A stretch of DNA of 64,000 bases from Saccharospirillum sp. (GTDB taxonomy: Bacteria; Pseudomonadota; Gammaproteobacteria; Pseudomonadales; Natronospirillaceae). The translations under genes were made by a program, and so were the position numbers. A model generated the notes under the pieces. The model did no database searches. It saw nothing but the letters and a program-made list of their open reading frames with translations, and was not told where the DNA came from. The stretch's first letter is position 1. Every line of letters starts with the position of its first letter. The stretch is taken from NCBI GenBank assembly GCA_035704555.1, contig DASSWT010000226.1:1414-65413 (forward strand). The letters are read 5' to 3'. Below, piece by piece: positions 22,125 to 32,226 of the stretch.

Positions 22125-22762
22125 GTCAGTGGCACCCGCAACCCGATCAACTTGTGGAATTTGCAGCCGGTACCTGCCACACCGGCATGAGTGTGGCGAT
22201 CTCCGTGCACCTGCATTACTGCCCCCAGTGCCGCGCCGCGTTGAGCGAACTGGAAAGCGCGTCTGCGGTTCTGTTTGAACAACAGGCGGCGGTACCGGTC
22301 GACGATTCCACCTTTGAACAGCTGATGCAACGCATTCAGCATGAGCCAGCGGCTGAACCGGTAACCAAATCGGTCAATACCCGGTTCCCGAAAGCCCTGG
22401 CCAGTCTGATGCCCGAATCGCTGGAAAGCCTGGATTGGCGCCAGCCGATGAAAAACCTGCGCGTCAGCCACCTGATGACCGACGAAAGCGGGATGATTAT
22501 TGGGTTGCACCACATGAAAGCCGGTGGTCGCGTACCCAATCACTACCACCGTGGTGAGGAAATCAGCGTGGTGCTGGAAGGCGGTTTTTCCGACCAGTTG
22601 GGGTCTTATGGCGTGGGTGATTTCATTCTGCGAACGCCGAGTGACACCCACTCACCGCGGGCCGACGCCCATGAAGACTGCCTGATGCTCTCGGTCGTGG
22701 CGGCCCCGGTCAAGTTAACCGGTCCGCTTGGCTGGCTGCTGAACCCCTTCCTGAAAGCCTGA
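22121..22762 (+). CDS. chrR: ChrR-family anti-sigma factor (zinc ASD + cupin)
   Basis: HLHYCPQC zinc motif (HxxxCxxC) and cupin P.HYH.GEE...VLEGGFSD. Confidence 0.9.
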   Translation: MSQWHPQPDQLVEFAAGTCHTGMSVAISVHLHYCPQCRAALSELESASAVLFEQQAAVPVDDSTFEQLMQRIQHEPAAEPVTKSVNTRFPKALASLMPESLESLDWRQPMKNLRVSHLMTDESGMIIGLHHMKAGGRVPNHYHRGEEISVVLEGGFSDQLGSYGVGDFILRTPSDTHSPRADAHEDCLMLSVVAAPVKLTGPLGWLLNPFLKA

Positions 22763-22789
22763 CCGGCAAGCAGTCAACATTACTTCTTT

Positions 22790-22815
22790 AAGCCCTGGCC
22801 CCGCCGGGGCTTTTT
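22790..22815 (+). terminator. Intrinsic terminator after chrR
   Basis: AAGCCCTGGC..GCCGGGGCTT hairpin followed by a T-run. Confidence 0.65.
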
Positions 22816-22819
22816 GGTT

Positions 22820-25633
22820 TTAGGTCGGGCGTGCCGATTGCCGGTCCAGTACCTCAAACAAGGAGAAGTAGGTCAGCCCACTGTGCTGGCTTAGCCCAAT
22901 CTCACAGGTCCGGCTGGTAGAAATGCCATAGAGACAATCGCCCACCGACCCGGCCAGATGTCGCAGCGACGAGGCATTCAATTCCGGTTGCGAAAACCCC
23001 TTGTCACCGGCAAAACCACAACAGGCCATGCCCTCGGGTTGCACCCACTGAGGTGTAATGGCGTTCAATACCCGCTGAAAGCTGGCTTCAATACCCTGTT
23101 TCTGCACGCTGCAGGTCATATGAACCGCGACTTTCCCTGGTTCGGGCTGAATAACCAGCCGGTCCAGCAGAAACCGGTCGATAAAATCGACGCTGTCATA
23201 AAACTGAATGCCACGCGCTTCCGCCTGGGCCCTGACCCGTAAACTGCAGGGGCTGGTATCGGCCAGCACCGGAAAACGGCCGCCACTGGAGACCTCCCAC
23301 AGTTCATCGACCAGTTCCCGACGCTGTTGCTCGGCGACCTCAACATGCCCTTTGGAATGAAACGGCTGACCGCAGCACAAACCACGGGTCGGTTGCGGCA
23401 CCACCGCGGCCAGACCCGCCTTGCGCAAGACGCTCAGGGCAGCGGCGGGCACCGGCTGACGTCCATCGTTCAGCGCCGGCCCCATTGCCTGGGTGACGCA
23501 GGCGGCCCAGTACACCACGGTATCCATATCGGTGGGCCGGCTCTGACGTGTGGGTGCATAGACGGGCCTGGCAGCGCCCGGCGTGGTTGCCGGCCATAAC
23601 GGCGTACGGCCGCCACTGAGTCGCCGCATCGACGCCGAATAACGCTCGAGCCGCTGTGCACCGGCCAGGCGTTGCATGCCCTGGGCCGCCCATAAGCCGC
23701 CGCGCGTCATCGTTGCCAGAGTCGCAAAATGCCGGCCCAGAAAACGCGCCAGGCGATTGTAACGGTGGTTATTGCGCTGGCGCAGACTCAGCACCAGCTC
23801 GCCGGTGTTGATGCCAACCGGGCAGCGCAATTCACACAACCCGGTTGCAGCACAGGTATCGATTCCCTGGTAATTGAAGGCTTTTTGCCAGGCCGGGTCT
23901 ACGCCTTCATTCCGGCTTTGCCGCTGCAGCTCCCGGTACAGGGTAATGCGCTGACGCGGCGTCAGCGTCAGATCCCGGGACGGGCACACCGGCTCGCAAA
24001 AGCCGCATTCAATACAGGTATCGACAATCGGATCAGCCGCGGGCAAGGCCTTCAGGTGCTGGATATGCGCCTTGGGGTCGTCGTTCAGAATCACGCCGGG
24101 GTTGAGAATGCCGGCCGGGTCGAACAACTGTTTGATCCGCTGCATCAGCCCATAGGCGTCTTCGCCCCACTCTTTAACGACAAAAGGCGCCATGTTGCGC
24201 CCGGTACCATGTTCGGCTTTCAGGGAGCCCCCCAGCGTACCGGTCACGACCTCGGCGATGTCTTGCATGAAGGCGTCGTACCGGGCTACTTCGGCCGGGT
24301 CTTCAAAACCCTGGGTAAACACAAAGTGCAGATTGCCTTCCAGCGCATGGCCAAAGATGATCGCCTCGGTGTAGCCATGGCGGTCGAACAGGGCCTGCAG
24401 TGCGGCAACTCCCTCAGCCAGACGTTCAACCGGAAACGCCACATCTTCGATAATAACGGTAGTGCCGGTAGCGCGCATGGCGCCAACCGCCGGAAAGGTT
24501 CCCTTGCGAAGGCTCCAGTACTGGGCAATACGCAGGCTGTCGCGGGTAAAGCCGGTGCTGCGCCAGCCGCCCGAAAACCGTTCCAGCGCCGTCATCACCT
24601 GGTCGCAGTTACCAGACAATGCCTCAGCCTGTTCGGCGCGAACGTCTACCAGTAGCATTCCACCGTTAGCGGGTAACTGGCGCGCGAAATCTGGCAGGCC
24701 TGGCATATGGGCCACCGAGTCGATGGCGCGCCGGTCGAGCAGTTCGACAGCATCTACCGGACAGGACCGCAGCGCAGTGACCGCCTGGGCACACAAATGA
24801 AGGTCATCAAAGCCAATCATCACAGACGCCCGGTGCGGCCAGTCCGGCACGGTATTCAGGCTGACTTCACTGATAAACCCCAGCGTACCTTCGGAGCCCA
24901 CCATCAGGTGAGTCAGAATATCGACCGGGTCGTCAAAATCGAGCAGGGCATTCAGGCCGTAGCCGGTGGTGTTTTTCAACCGGTACTTGTGGCGTACGCG
25001 CTCGGCCAGGGCGGTATTCGCCTTGAGATCAGCCGACAGTTCCGCCAGCTTGTCCAGAAAACAGCCATGGCTGGCGCGAAACTCGGCAATGCTGGCCGGG
25101 TCGCGGCTATCGATGATGCTGCCATCGGCCAGTACGATGCGCATGCCAGCCAGGGTGTGATAGCTGTTGTGGCGGGTGCCACAACACATGCCGCTGGCGT
25201 TGTTGGCCACTATGCCCCCCATTTTGCAGCTGCCGATCGAGGCCGGGTCCGGCCCTATCTTGCGCCCGTATGGCTTGAGCCTCTGGTTGACATCGGCGCC
25301 AATCAGATCCGGCTGCAGATGCACCCGCTCACCCAGCGGATCGATGCGACAGCCGCGCCACTGGTCAGTGAGCACCACCAACACCGAATCGGTCACCGCC
25401 TGGCCGGACAGGCTGGTGCCCGCCGCACGGAAAGTGACCGGCACCTGGCACAATTGGGCCTGCACCAGCAGGTAGCTCAGTTCCGCTTCGGTTTCGACGG
25501 CTACAATCAGTTTTGGGGTCAGGCGGTAGAAGCTGGCATCGGTACCCAGAGCGAAACAGCGCATCGGGTCGGTGGTCAGGCGCGACTCGGGCATGCGGTG
25601 TTTAAGTGCACGAATTAAACGTTCAATCGACAT
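22820..25633 (-). CDS. dld: FAD-binding/(Fe-S) oxidoreductase, Dld-II-type D-lactate dehydrogenase
   Basis: TFRAAGTSLSGQ, GSEGTLGF, SLKAEHGTGRN, CIECGFCEPVCPS and CCG domains. Divergent GntR regulator. Confidence 0.85.
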   Translation of the reverse strand: MSIERLIRALKHRMPESRLTTDPMRCFALGTDASFYRLTPKLIVAVETEAELSYLLVQAQLCQVPVTFRAAGTSLSGQAVTDSVLVVLTDQWRGCRIDPLGERVHLQPDLIGADVNQRLKPYGRKIGPDPASIGSCKMGGIVANNASGMCCGTRHNSYHTLAGMRIVLADGSIIDSRDPASIAEFRASHGCFLDKLAELSADLKANTALAERVRHKYRLKNTTGYGLNALLDFDDPVDILTHLMVGSEGTLGFISEVSLNTVPDWPHRASVMIGFDDLHLCAQAVTALRSCPVDAVELLDRRAIDSVAHMPGLPDFARQLPANGGMLLVDVRAEQAEALSGNCDQVMTALERFSGGWRSTGFTRDSLRIAQYWSLRKGTFPAVGAMRATGTTVIIEDVAFPVERLAEGVAALQALFDRHGYTEAIIFGHALEGNLHFVFTQGFEDPAEVARYDAFMQDIAEVVTGTLGGSLKAEHGTGRNMAPFVVKEWGEDAYGLMQRIKQLFDPAGILNPGVILNDDPKAHIQHLKALPAADPIVDTCIECGFCEPVCPSRDLTLTPRQRITLYRELQRQSRNEGVDPAWQKAFNYQGIDTCAATGLCELRCPVGINTGELVLSLRQRNNHRYNRLARFLGRHFATLATMTRGGLWAAQGMQRLAGAQRLERYSASMRRLSGGRTPLWPATTPGAARPVYAPTRQSRPTDMDTVVYWAACVTQAMGPALNDGRQPVPAAALSVLRKAGLAAVVPQPTRGLCCGQPFHSKGHVEVAEQQRRELVDELWEVSSGGRFPVLADTSPCSLRVRAQAEARGIQFYDSVDFIDRFLLDRLVIQPEPGKVAVHMTCSVQKQGIEASFQRVLNAITPQWVQPEGMACCGFAGDKGFSQPELNASSLRHLAGSVGDCLYGISTSRTCEIGLSQHSGLTYFSLFEVLDRQSARPT

Positions 25634-25784
25634 AACCGGTCCTGTTCTGGCGTTTGTTATTATCATCAAAGACTCGTCGGATAACTAAGGTGCCATCTTC
25701 GCCAACAAAAAACCCTCCCCCGCCAGCACCCCGGGCCGCAAAAAGCCGTAAACTGGGGGCCAGCGAAGGCAAATCTTTTAAAAG

Positions 25785-25795
25785 TGGTCAGACCA
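25785..25795. promoter_or_regulatory. FadR-subfamily (LldR/PdhR/GlcC-like) operator TGGTCAGACCA
   Basis: Palindrome TGGT-CAG-ACCA directly in front of ATG 25796 of the GntR gene, in the divergent dld region. Confidence 0.7.
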
Positions 25796-26527
25796 ATGAC
25801 AATACGCAGGATAGACCGGCTGTGCCAGTTGCTGAACCAGCAACTGCTGGACGGCGACCTTAAACCCGGCGACAAGCTGCCTTCGGAGCGACAGCTCGCC
25901 CTCCGTTATGACACCAGCCGGCCACTGGTGCGCGAAGCTCTGCAGCAGCTCAAAGGGCTGGGCATCATCGAAAGTCGTCAGGGGGGCGGAACCTACGTCT
26001 GCCAGAGTTATGCTGAACCGGCCGGTTCCCCGCTGTCGTCTCTGCTCAGCCAAAGCCAGGACCCGGTGCGGCTCAACGCCGAACTACTGGAATACCGCAT
26101 AACCATTGAAGCCCGGTGCGCGGCCCTGGCGGCAGAGCGCGCCACCGTCGATGACCTGCAGCGGCTGGACCTTGCCTATCAGCATTTGCGCAAAGCCCAT
26201 CAGCAGTGGGACCTTGAACTTGAGGCACAGGCCGATGCCCGGTTTCACCTGGCCATCGCCGCTGCCAGTCACAACCGGGTTTTCCTGCAAACCCTGCAAG
26301 GGCTTTTTGGCCTGCTCAAGAACAACGTCATCACCAATATTGGTGGTCTCAGCAGTCATCCGGATATACGGGCGCGCCTGATGGGCCAGCATGCCCGGCT
26401 GTTTGAAGCGATTTACCAGCGAAAGCCACAGGCAGCACGAGCGGCCGTTGAAGAGCACCTGGATTACGTCAGGGAGTTTTCCGACCGGCTCAGCCGCGAA
26501 CGCCAGCGTCTGAAAGGCAACGCCTGA
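25796..26527 (+). CDS. lldR: GntR/FadR-family regulator (LldR-like)
   Basis: HTH KLPSERQLA..SRPLVREAL and FCD domain DARFHLAIA.ASHN. Confidence 0.8.
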   Translation: MTIRRIDRLCQLLNQQLLDGDLKPGDKLPSERQLALRYDTSRPLVREALQQLKGLGIIESRQGGGTYVCQSYAEPAGSPLSSLLSQSQDPVRLNAELLEYRITIEARCAALAAERATVDDLQRLDLAYQHLRKAHQQWDLELEAQADARFHLAIAAASHNRVFLQTLQGLFGLLKNNVITNIGGLSSHPDIRARLMGQHARLFEAIYQRKPQAARAAVEEHLDYVREFSDRLSRERQRLKGNA

Positions 26528-26528
26528 A

Positions 26529-27011
26529 TCAGACCTGTTCGGGCGAACGCTGCATCCACTGATGTTCAATGTCATCTTCGAGGTAAATATCACCCACCGC
26601 CTCGAAGCCAAACGACTGGTAAAACCTGACCAGATGCGCCTGGGCGCCCAATGCCATGCCATGGCCGGGGAACAGAACCGCCAGCGCCTGAACCGCTTCG
26701 CGCATCAGCTCCTGCCCCAGCCCTTGGCCGCGTGCGTCGGCCCGGGTGACCACCCGACCAATAGCCGGCCAGTCTCCTGCCACACCGGGCGGCAGTAACC
26801 GGGCCACCGCCACCAGCTGACCGGCACGATGCCCAACCAGGTGCCAGGCCTGGTCATCAAGGCCATCGGCATCCTGATAGGGGCAGTTCTGCTCAACCAC
26901 GAACACCGCCGCGCGCAGCGCCAGTACATCATAGAGTGTCCGGGCATCGAGCTGGTCAAAGGTGAGGCACTGCCAGACAACATCCTGACGTGTTACCGGT
27001 TCGTAGATCAT
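26529..27011 (-). CDS. elaA: GNAT acetyltransferase, ElaA family
   Basis: LY..LALR..VFVVEQNCPYQD.DG.D, IGRVV and AQAHL..FY..FGF patterns. Confidence 0.88.
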   Translation of the reverse strand: MIYEPVTRQDVVWQCLTFDQLDARTLYDVLALRAAVFVVEQNCPYQDADGLDDQAWHLVGHRAGQLVAVARLLPPGVAGDWPAIGRVVTRADARGQGLGQELMREAVQALAVLFPGHGMALGAQAHLVRFYQSFGFEAVGDIYLEDDIEHQWMQRSPEQV

Positions 27012-27619
27012 AACTGACCCGCTGCTTTCATCCGGGCCAGGGTGTCGACGATGGCCTGGGTATGGGCATCAAATTCCACGTTCACCTTATCCCCGGGGCG
27101 GGTTTCGCCAAAGGTGGTTACGGCCAGGGTCTCGGGAATCAGGAAGACGTTGAACCGGTCATCACGGACATCGCCTATGGTCAGGCTGCAGCCGTTCAGA
27201 CCGACATAGCCTTTGGGAAAGAGGTAGCGGCGCTGCTCGGCGGTGATGCCGAACCAGAGGATGCAGTTGTTTTCCGGGCGCTCGATCTCCAGAACCGGCA
27301 GGCAGCCGTGAACATGGCCGGACATGACATGCCCGCCAATGTCGTCACCGAAACGAGCCGCGCGTTCGACATTGACCAGATCACCGTCGTTAAGGTCGGC
27401 CAGGTTGGTGACTCTGAGGGTTTCCATCATCACGTCAAAATAGGCGCGACCACCCTCCAGCCGAGTGATCGTCAGGCAAGCACCGTTCAACGCAATACTG
27501 GCCCCGATCGATAAGCCTTCGACTTGCCTGTCAATCAGGGGGACCGACAGGGTCCACAACTGGGGCAAGCGGGCCTCGACGGTAACCGGGGCCCGGTTTT
27601 GCACAATACCAGAAAACAT
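27008..27619 (-). CDS. ribC: Riboflavin synthase (alpha chain)
   Basis: MFSGIVQ, NGACLT, VNVERA..GGHVMSGH and LIPETL motifs. Confidence 0.93.
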   Translation of the reverse strand: MFSGIVQNRAPVTVEARLPQLWTLSVPLIDRQVEGLSIGASIALNGACLTITRLEGGRAYFDVMMETLRVTNLADLNDGDLVNVERAARFGDDIGGHVMSGHVHGCLPVLEIERPENNCILWFGITAEQRRYLFPKGYVGLNGCSLTIGDVRDDRFNVFLIPETLAVTTFGETRPGDKVNVEFDAHTQAIVDTLARMKAAGQL

Positions 27620-27689
27620 GAGATTCCTCGGGATACGAAACAGTCGCCTGTTTTAAGGCTTTCGCATCCCAAAGGCAAGGGAGACCGGC

Positions 27690-28475
27690 CTAATTGGCCG
27701 CATAGAAGGGACGCTGGTCGTATTCGGTCAGCTTATTGTAGGTAATCATTTCTTTCAAAATGCGAATGTACTCTTCACCCCGAGCCGAATAGTCCTCAAG
27801 CCCCCAAACCAGCATCAGCGACGATGCGGGCTCACCCAGATAACGCAGCTCGGACCGAATATTGCGCAATTCGCGGTACGGAGGATGAGTGTTTACATTC
27901 TGAAAATAGGCTTTTACCGACTCAGCCACATTGCTGAACACCTTAACTTCATAATTTTCACCTTCTGGGCGCCCGGCAGGTACCAGGCCGCAGCCTTCGG
28001 CAAAACACCACTGACCAAAGAGGTTATTGCCCTCCACAGCAAAGCGACTGGTGCCCCAGGCGCTCTCGTTAGCCGCCTGGGCAAGTACCAGCGAGGCCGG
28101 AATTACATCGACCCGGTTTAGCATCAGCTCAAAGTAAGCCTCGCTGCCCGGTGTTTCCTCGACCTCATACTCCCGTCCCAGCTCGGCCAGGTAAGATTGC
28201 TGCCATGGAGCCAGGCTATCGCCTTCGGCGATGCGTGTCTGCATCTGCAGCAACCAGACTCGCTCGGCAACAATGCGCTGATTAACGCGCTGAATGATTG
28301 GATTGAGAAAATCGAAAAACACCTGTTTTTTGGTCGCAACGTCGTCAATACTGGCCATATCCGGCAGTTCTGACTGCAACGTTTCCAGTTGCCCGGGCGC
28401 TTCTTCCGCCCAGGTTAGCACCACCGGCACGGCCAGTAGTAATAAAGTCACGACCCAGTTCCTTGGATTCAACAT
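27690..28475 (-). CDS. Glucosaminidase-domain (GH73, Bax-like) exported protein; start uncertain (up to 28556)
   Basis: IPASLVLAQAANESAWGTSRFA..GNNLFG, NLN/TH..Y and YS.RG..Y patterns. Confidence 0.82.
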   Translation of the reverse strand: MLNPRNWVVTLLLLAVPVVLTWAEEAPGQLETLQSELPDMASIDDVATKKQVFFDFLNPIIQRVNQRIVAERVWLLQMQTRIAEGDSLAPWQQSYLAELGREYEVEETPGSEAYFELMLNRVDVIPASLVLAQAANESAWGTSRFAVEGNNLFGQWCFAEGCGLVPAGRPEGENYEVKVFSNVAESVKAYFQNVNTHPPYRELRNIRSELRYLGEPASSLMLVWGLEDYSARGEEYIRILKEMITYNKLTEYDQRPFYAAN

Positions 28476-28671
28476 GTTCGTTCCCGTTGTTAATACTGCG
28501 ATTGATGAATTAAAGAGCCGCGTGAGTATAGAGTGCTTTGTACGTTTTTCAACCAACTCTATATCCGCTCAAGACCGGTTCGCAGCCGTTTCGTCTTTGG
28601 ATCACTTGACAGTCCACTTGCTGGAAGGTGTATACCCAGCCAGTCATAGAACCCGTAGAGAGTAATCCGCC

Positions 28672-29874
28672 ATGAACAGACCAAGCCCCGCACTCTGGAC
28701 TCTGATCGCCATGCAAGCCCTGTCGATGTGTGCTCCACCCATGGTGATTCTCATCGGCGGTTTGATCGGGACGCAGCTGGCGCCAAATCCACAGCTGGCC
28801 ACCCTGCCGCTGTCGGTTCTGGTGGTCGCGACTGCTTTCAGCACCTTCCCGACCGCCATGATCATGCATCATCTGGGGCGCAAGGCGGGCTTTCTGATCG
28901 GCAACCTGGTGTCTGTTGCCGCCTGTGGCCTCGCCATATTGGCAATCTACAGTCACAGTTTTGCCCTGTTGCTGGTGGCCACCGCCGGGCTGGGTTTCAA
29001 CATGGCGTTCGTCAACCAGTTCCGCTTTGCCGCCATGGAACGCGTTGCGCCCGAAGACCAGGGCCAGGCGGTATCCTGGTTACTGTTGGGTGGCATTTTC
29101 GCGGCACTGGTCGGGCCAGAACTCGGTGCCCTGGGTGAATCCCTGTTGAGCGCCCGTTATGCCGGCGCCTTCCTGTTACTGGCCGGGGTTCTGCTGGGGG
29201 TCACGCTGTTGCTGCTCCTCGCCTTTCGCGATCTGCCCTACCAGGCACCGGTCAAGCACGCGGAGGGCAGGCCCTGGGGCTCTTTGCTGCAGCAGCCGGT
29301 CTTGTGGCTGGCGTTGCTGGCCGGTGCCATTTCCTACAGCGTCATGACGCTGGTGATGACGGCCGCGCCGCTGAGCATGCACGACATGGATCAGCACAGC
29401 CTGCAGGCGACCAAAACAGCAATACAGGCCCATATTCTGGCCATGTTCCTGCCTTCATTGGCGACCAGCTGGCTGATCCGGCGCTTTGGCCCGGAACGGC
29501 TGCTAATGTTCGGATTACTGATTTATGCCCTGATGATCGTTGCCGGCCTGAGCGGACGCGGTGTCAGCCACTACACAACCAGCCTGATTCTGCTGGGCAT
29601 TGGCTGGAACTTTCTGTTTGTATCGGGCACAACGCTGCTGCCCCGCGCCTATCAGGATTCGGAGCGATTCAGGGTGCAGGCGGTGAATGAATTTCTGGTA
29701 TTTGGCGCCCAGGCTCTGGCGACACTCGGGGCGGGGTGGTTATTGTTTCAATTTAGCTGGGAGGTGCTGTTATACGCCACCCTGCCGGCACTGGTGGTAT
29801 TGTCTGCCACACTGCTCTGGCATCGTCACCATGTTAAAGCCATGCAGACCGGCCCACAGCCAGACTCGGCTTAG
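28672..29874 (+). CDS. MFS transporter (RfnT-like by motif)
   Basis: About 12 hydrophobic segments with LATLPL, QFRFAA and GIGWNFLF motifs. Confidence 0.8.
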   Translation: MNRPSPALWTLIAMQALSMCAPPMVILIGGLIGTQLAPNPQLATLPLSVLVVATAFSTFPTAMIMHHLGRKAGFLIGNLVSVAACGLAILAIYSHSFALLLVATAGLGFNMAFVNQFRFAAMERVAPEDQGQAVSWLLLGGIFAALVGPELGALGESLLSARYAGAFLLLAGVLLGVTLLLLLAFRDLPYQAPVKHAEGRPWGSLLQQPVLWLALLAGAISYSVMTLVMTAAPLSMHDMDQHSLQATKTAIQAHILAMFLPSLATSWLIRRFGPERLLMFGLLIYALMIVAGLSGRGVSHYTTSLILLGIGWNFLFVSGTTLLPRAYQDSERFRVQAVNEFLVFGAQALATLGAGWLLFQFSWEVLLYATLPALVVLSATLLWHRHHVKAMQTGPQPDSA

Positions 29875-30012
29875 CGGCCAAATAAGTACAGGCGCATTGC
29901 ATCAGGCTAGTGGTAATACAGAATAGGAAGGGATGTAACGGAGAAAAACGATTAAACAGTGGCAGTGAGGCCCGATCCCGGGGCCTCCGTACTCAGGGTA
30001 ACGCATAGGGCG

Positions 30013-30135
30013 TTACCGTCTGCGACGCTCGGTCTCGTCTTCAACCCGAATACGCTCCGGCTTTACCGCCGCACCCTGGCTGTATACCCGCCAGGCAACA
30101 GCCCCCAGCAACATCGTCAACAACAGTACAGTCAT
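30013..30135 (-). CDS. Small 40-aa single-TM protein (below the ORF-track cutoff)
   Basis: MTVLLLTMLLGAVAWRVYSQGAAVKPERIRVEDETERRRR, with GAGGGG RBS 6 nt upstream and two hairpins at or after the stop. Confidence 0.6.
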   Translation of the reverse strand: MTVLLLTMLLGAVAWRVYSQGAAVKPERIRVEDETERRRR

Positions 30136-30288
30136 GGTTTACCCCTCATTACGGGTGTGTTTGCCAACCTGGGTCGGCGCTATCACCTTGGGTGATTGTC
30201 TGAAGTATAGCTGCATTGGCCCTCGCGACCAGTTAAAACACGTGTCGATGTCGTGTAAATACTGGCAAATCCGCAACACAACCGGGCT

Positions 30289-30615
30289 CTAACGCTGTTT
30301 TGAAGGGCCCGACGCCGGGAAGGCAATCACTGGGCCGCCCTTACTGTCACTGATCTTGGCAACACCTTCCTGCTCCACCTCGTCGATCCGGGTGATGGAA
30401 TGCATGGGAATGAAACTGCGTTTGACGCCGCTGAACTCTTTTTTCAGCCGCTCTTCACCCGGGTCTACCAGCAATTGACTGCGCTCCCCGAAAATCAGTT
30501 CCTCAATTTCGATAAAGCCATACAGATCACTCTGATAGACCTGCTCACAATAGACTTCGTACAGCTTGTCCTGATTAATAAAGGACACTCGGTAAATGGC
30601 CTTGGGTTGTTTCAT
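30289..30615 (-). CDS. DUF1820 family protein
   Basis: IYRVSFINQDKLYEVY...FIEIEELIFGERSQLLVDPGEE.L..EF.GV.RS.IPMH pattern, divergent from miaB. Confidence 0.85.
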   Translation of the reverse strand: MKQPKAIYRVSFINQDKLYEVYCEQVYQSDLYGFIEIEELIFGERSQLLVDPGEERLKKEFSGVKRSFIPMHSITRIDEVEQEGVAKISDSKGGPVIAFPASGPSKQR

Positions 30616-30761
30616 TATCGGGTAACGTCCTGACTCTCTGGTTCCGCCAATATGGGCGCAGACCCGCCAGTATTCAATACTGGCAAAGCCCTGATCAGCA
30701 CCCAAAACCCGACTGCTCAAATTCTGTGCTCTGGATGGTTGGGTCGGGGCCGGGTTATGCG

Positions 30762-30776
30762 TATAATCTGCGCCCC
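30762..30776 (+). promoter_or_regulatory. Putative -10 and GC-rich discriminator for miaB
   Basis: TATAAT at 30762-30767 followed by CTGCGCCCC. Confidence 0.5.
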
Positions 30777-30826
30777 TTTCGAGCGTCGGCACCTGAGGCG
30801 CTCCTGTTGAATAAAACTGCAGGCTC

Positions 30827-32191
30827 ATGACCAAAAAACTCTTTATCAAAACGCACGGCTGCCAGATGAATGAATATGACTCGTCTCGCATGGCCGACCT
30901 GTTGGGCGACAGCCACGGTTACACCCTGACCGACAATGCCGATGAAGCCGACGTCCTGCTGCTGAACACCTGTTCAATCCGCGAAAAAGCGCAGGACAAG
31001 GTGTTCCACCAGCTGGGCCGCTGGAAAAAGCTGAAGGCCAAAAACCCGAACCTGAAAATCGGTGTCGGTGGTTGTGTGGCCTCCCAGGAAGGCCAGGCAA
31101 TTTCGGACCGTGCACCCTATGTTGATATGATCTTTGGTCCGCAGACACTGCATCGCTTGCCGCAAATGTTGGATGCCTCAACCGGCCAGATCGCCAACGC
31201 CGCCGGCAACCGCATCGCCATGGTCGACGTGACCTTCCCTGAAATCGAGAAGTTCGACCACCTGCCCGCGCCAAAAAGTGATGGCGTAACCGCCTTCGTA
31301 TCGGTGATGGAAGGTTGTTCCAAATATTGCACCTTCTGCGTGGTGCCTTACACCCGGGGCGAGGAAGTCAGCCGACCGTTCGATGACGTCATTACCGAAG
31401 TCGTGCAACTGGCGGAACAGGGCGTGCGCGAGATCAACTTTCTCGGCCAGAACGTCAACGCCTACCGGGGCCCACGCCACGACGGCGGTGAAGCCGACCT
31501 GGCCGAGCTGATCACCCTGGCAGCGCGCGTCGATGGCATCGACCGCATCCGTTTCACCACCAGCCACCCGGTGGAGTTCACCGACTCCCTGGTCGATGCC
31601 TACCTGGACGTACCGGAACTGGTCAGCCACCTGCACCTGCCGGTACAAAGTGGTTCAGATGCCATTCTGAACGCCATGAAGCGCGGCCACACGGCGGCCG
31701 AATACATCGAGAAGATGGAACGCATCCGGGCCAACCGCCCCGACATCAGCTTCTCGTCAGATTTCATCATCGGCTTCCCGGGCGAAACCGAGGCCGACTT
31801 CGAAGCCACCATGAACCTGATTCAAACCATTGGCTTCGACCACAGCTTCAGCTTCGTTTATAGCCCACGGCCCGGCACACCGGCAGCCAACCTGGAAGAC
31901 ACAACGCCCGAAGCCACCAAAAAGCAACGCCTGGCCATTCTGCAAGACAGAATCATCCAGCAGGCGGCCCAGATCAGCCGTCGCATGGTCGGCAGCACCC
32001 AAACCATCCTGGTCAGCGAACGCTCCAAGCGCAACCCGGCCGAGCTGCAGGGCCGAACCGAAAACAACCGCCCGACGTTCTTCGAACACGATGACGACGA
32101 ATTGATCGGAAAGTTCGTGCAGGTCCGTATTACCGAAGCCTTTGCCAACAGCCTGCGTGGTGAGGTCATCAATACTGACCTGGCTTATTGA
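30827..32191 (+). CDS. miaB: tRNA-2-methylthio-N6-dimethylallyladenosine synthase
   Basis: [11 protein letters not shown], radical [11 protein letters not shown] and TRAM domain. Confidence 0.98.
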   Translation: MTKKLFIKTHGCQMNEYDSSRMADLLGDSHGYTLTDNADEADVLLLNTCSIREKAQDKVFHQLGRWKKLKAKNPNLKIGVGGCVASQEGQAISDRAPYVDMIFGPQTLHRLPQMLDASTGQIANAAGNRIAMVDVTFPEIEKFDHLPAPKSDGVTAFVSVMEGCSKYCTFCVVPYTRGEEVSRPFDDVITEVVQLAEQGVREINFLGQNVNAYRGPRHDGGEADLAELITLAARVDGIDRIRFTTSHPVEFTDSLVDAYLDVPELVSHLHLPVQSGSDAILNAMKRGHTAAEYIEKMERIRANRPDISFSSDFIIGFPGETEADFEATMNLIQTIGFDHSFSFVYSPRPGTPAANLEDTTPEATKKQRLAILQDRIIQQAAQISRRMVGSTQTILVSERSKRNPAELQGRTENNRPTFFEHDDDELIGKFVQVRITEAFANSLRGEVINTDLAY

Positions 32192-32226
32192 GGTTCGGTG
32201 GTTGAACCGGGGGTTGAACTTTTTTC

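Noticed and set aside
28579-28604. TGATCC-N16-CGAA on the minus strand upstream of the glucosaminidase gene
   Set aside because: The -10 mismatches the CGTA consensus and a chance match is plausible, so it was not called as an RpoE-ChrR promoter.
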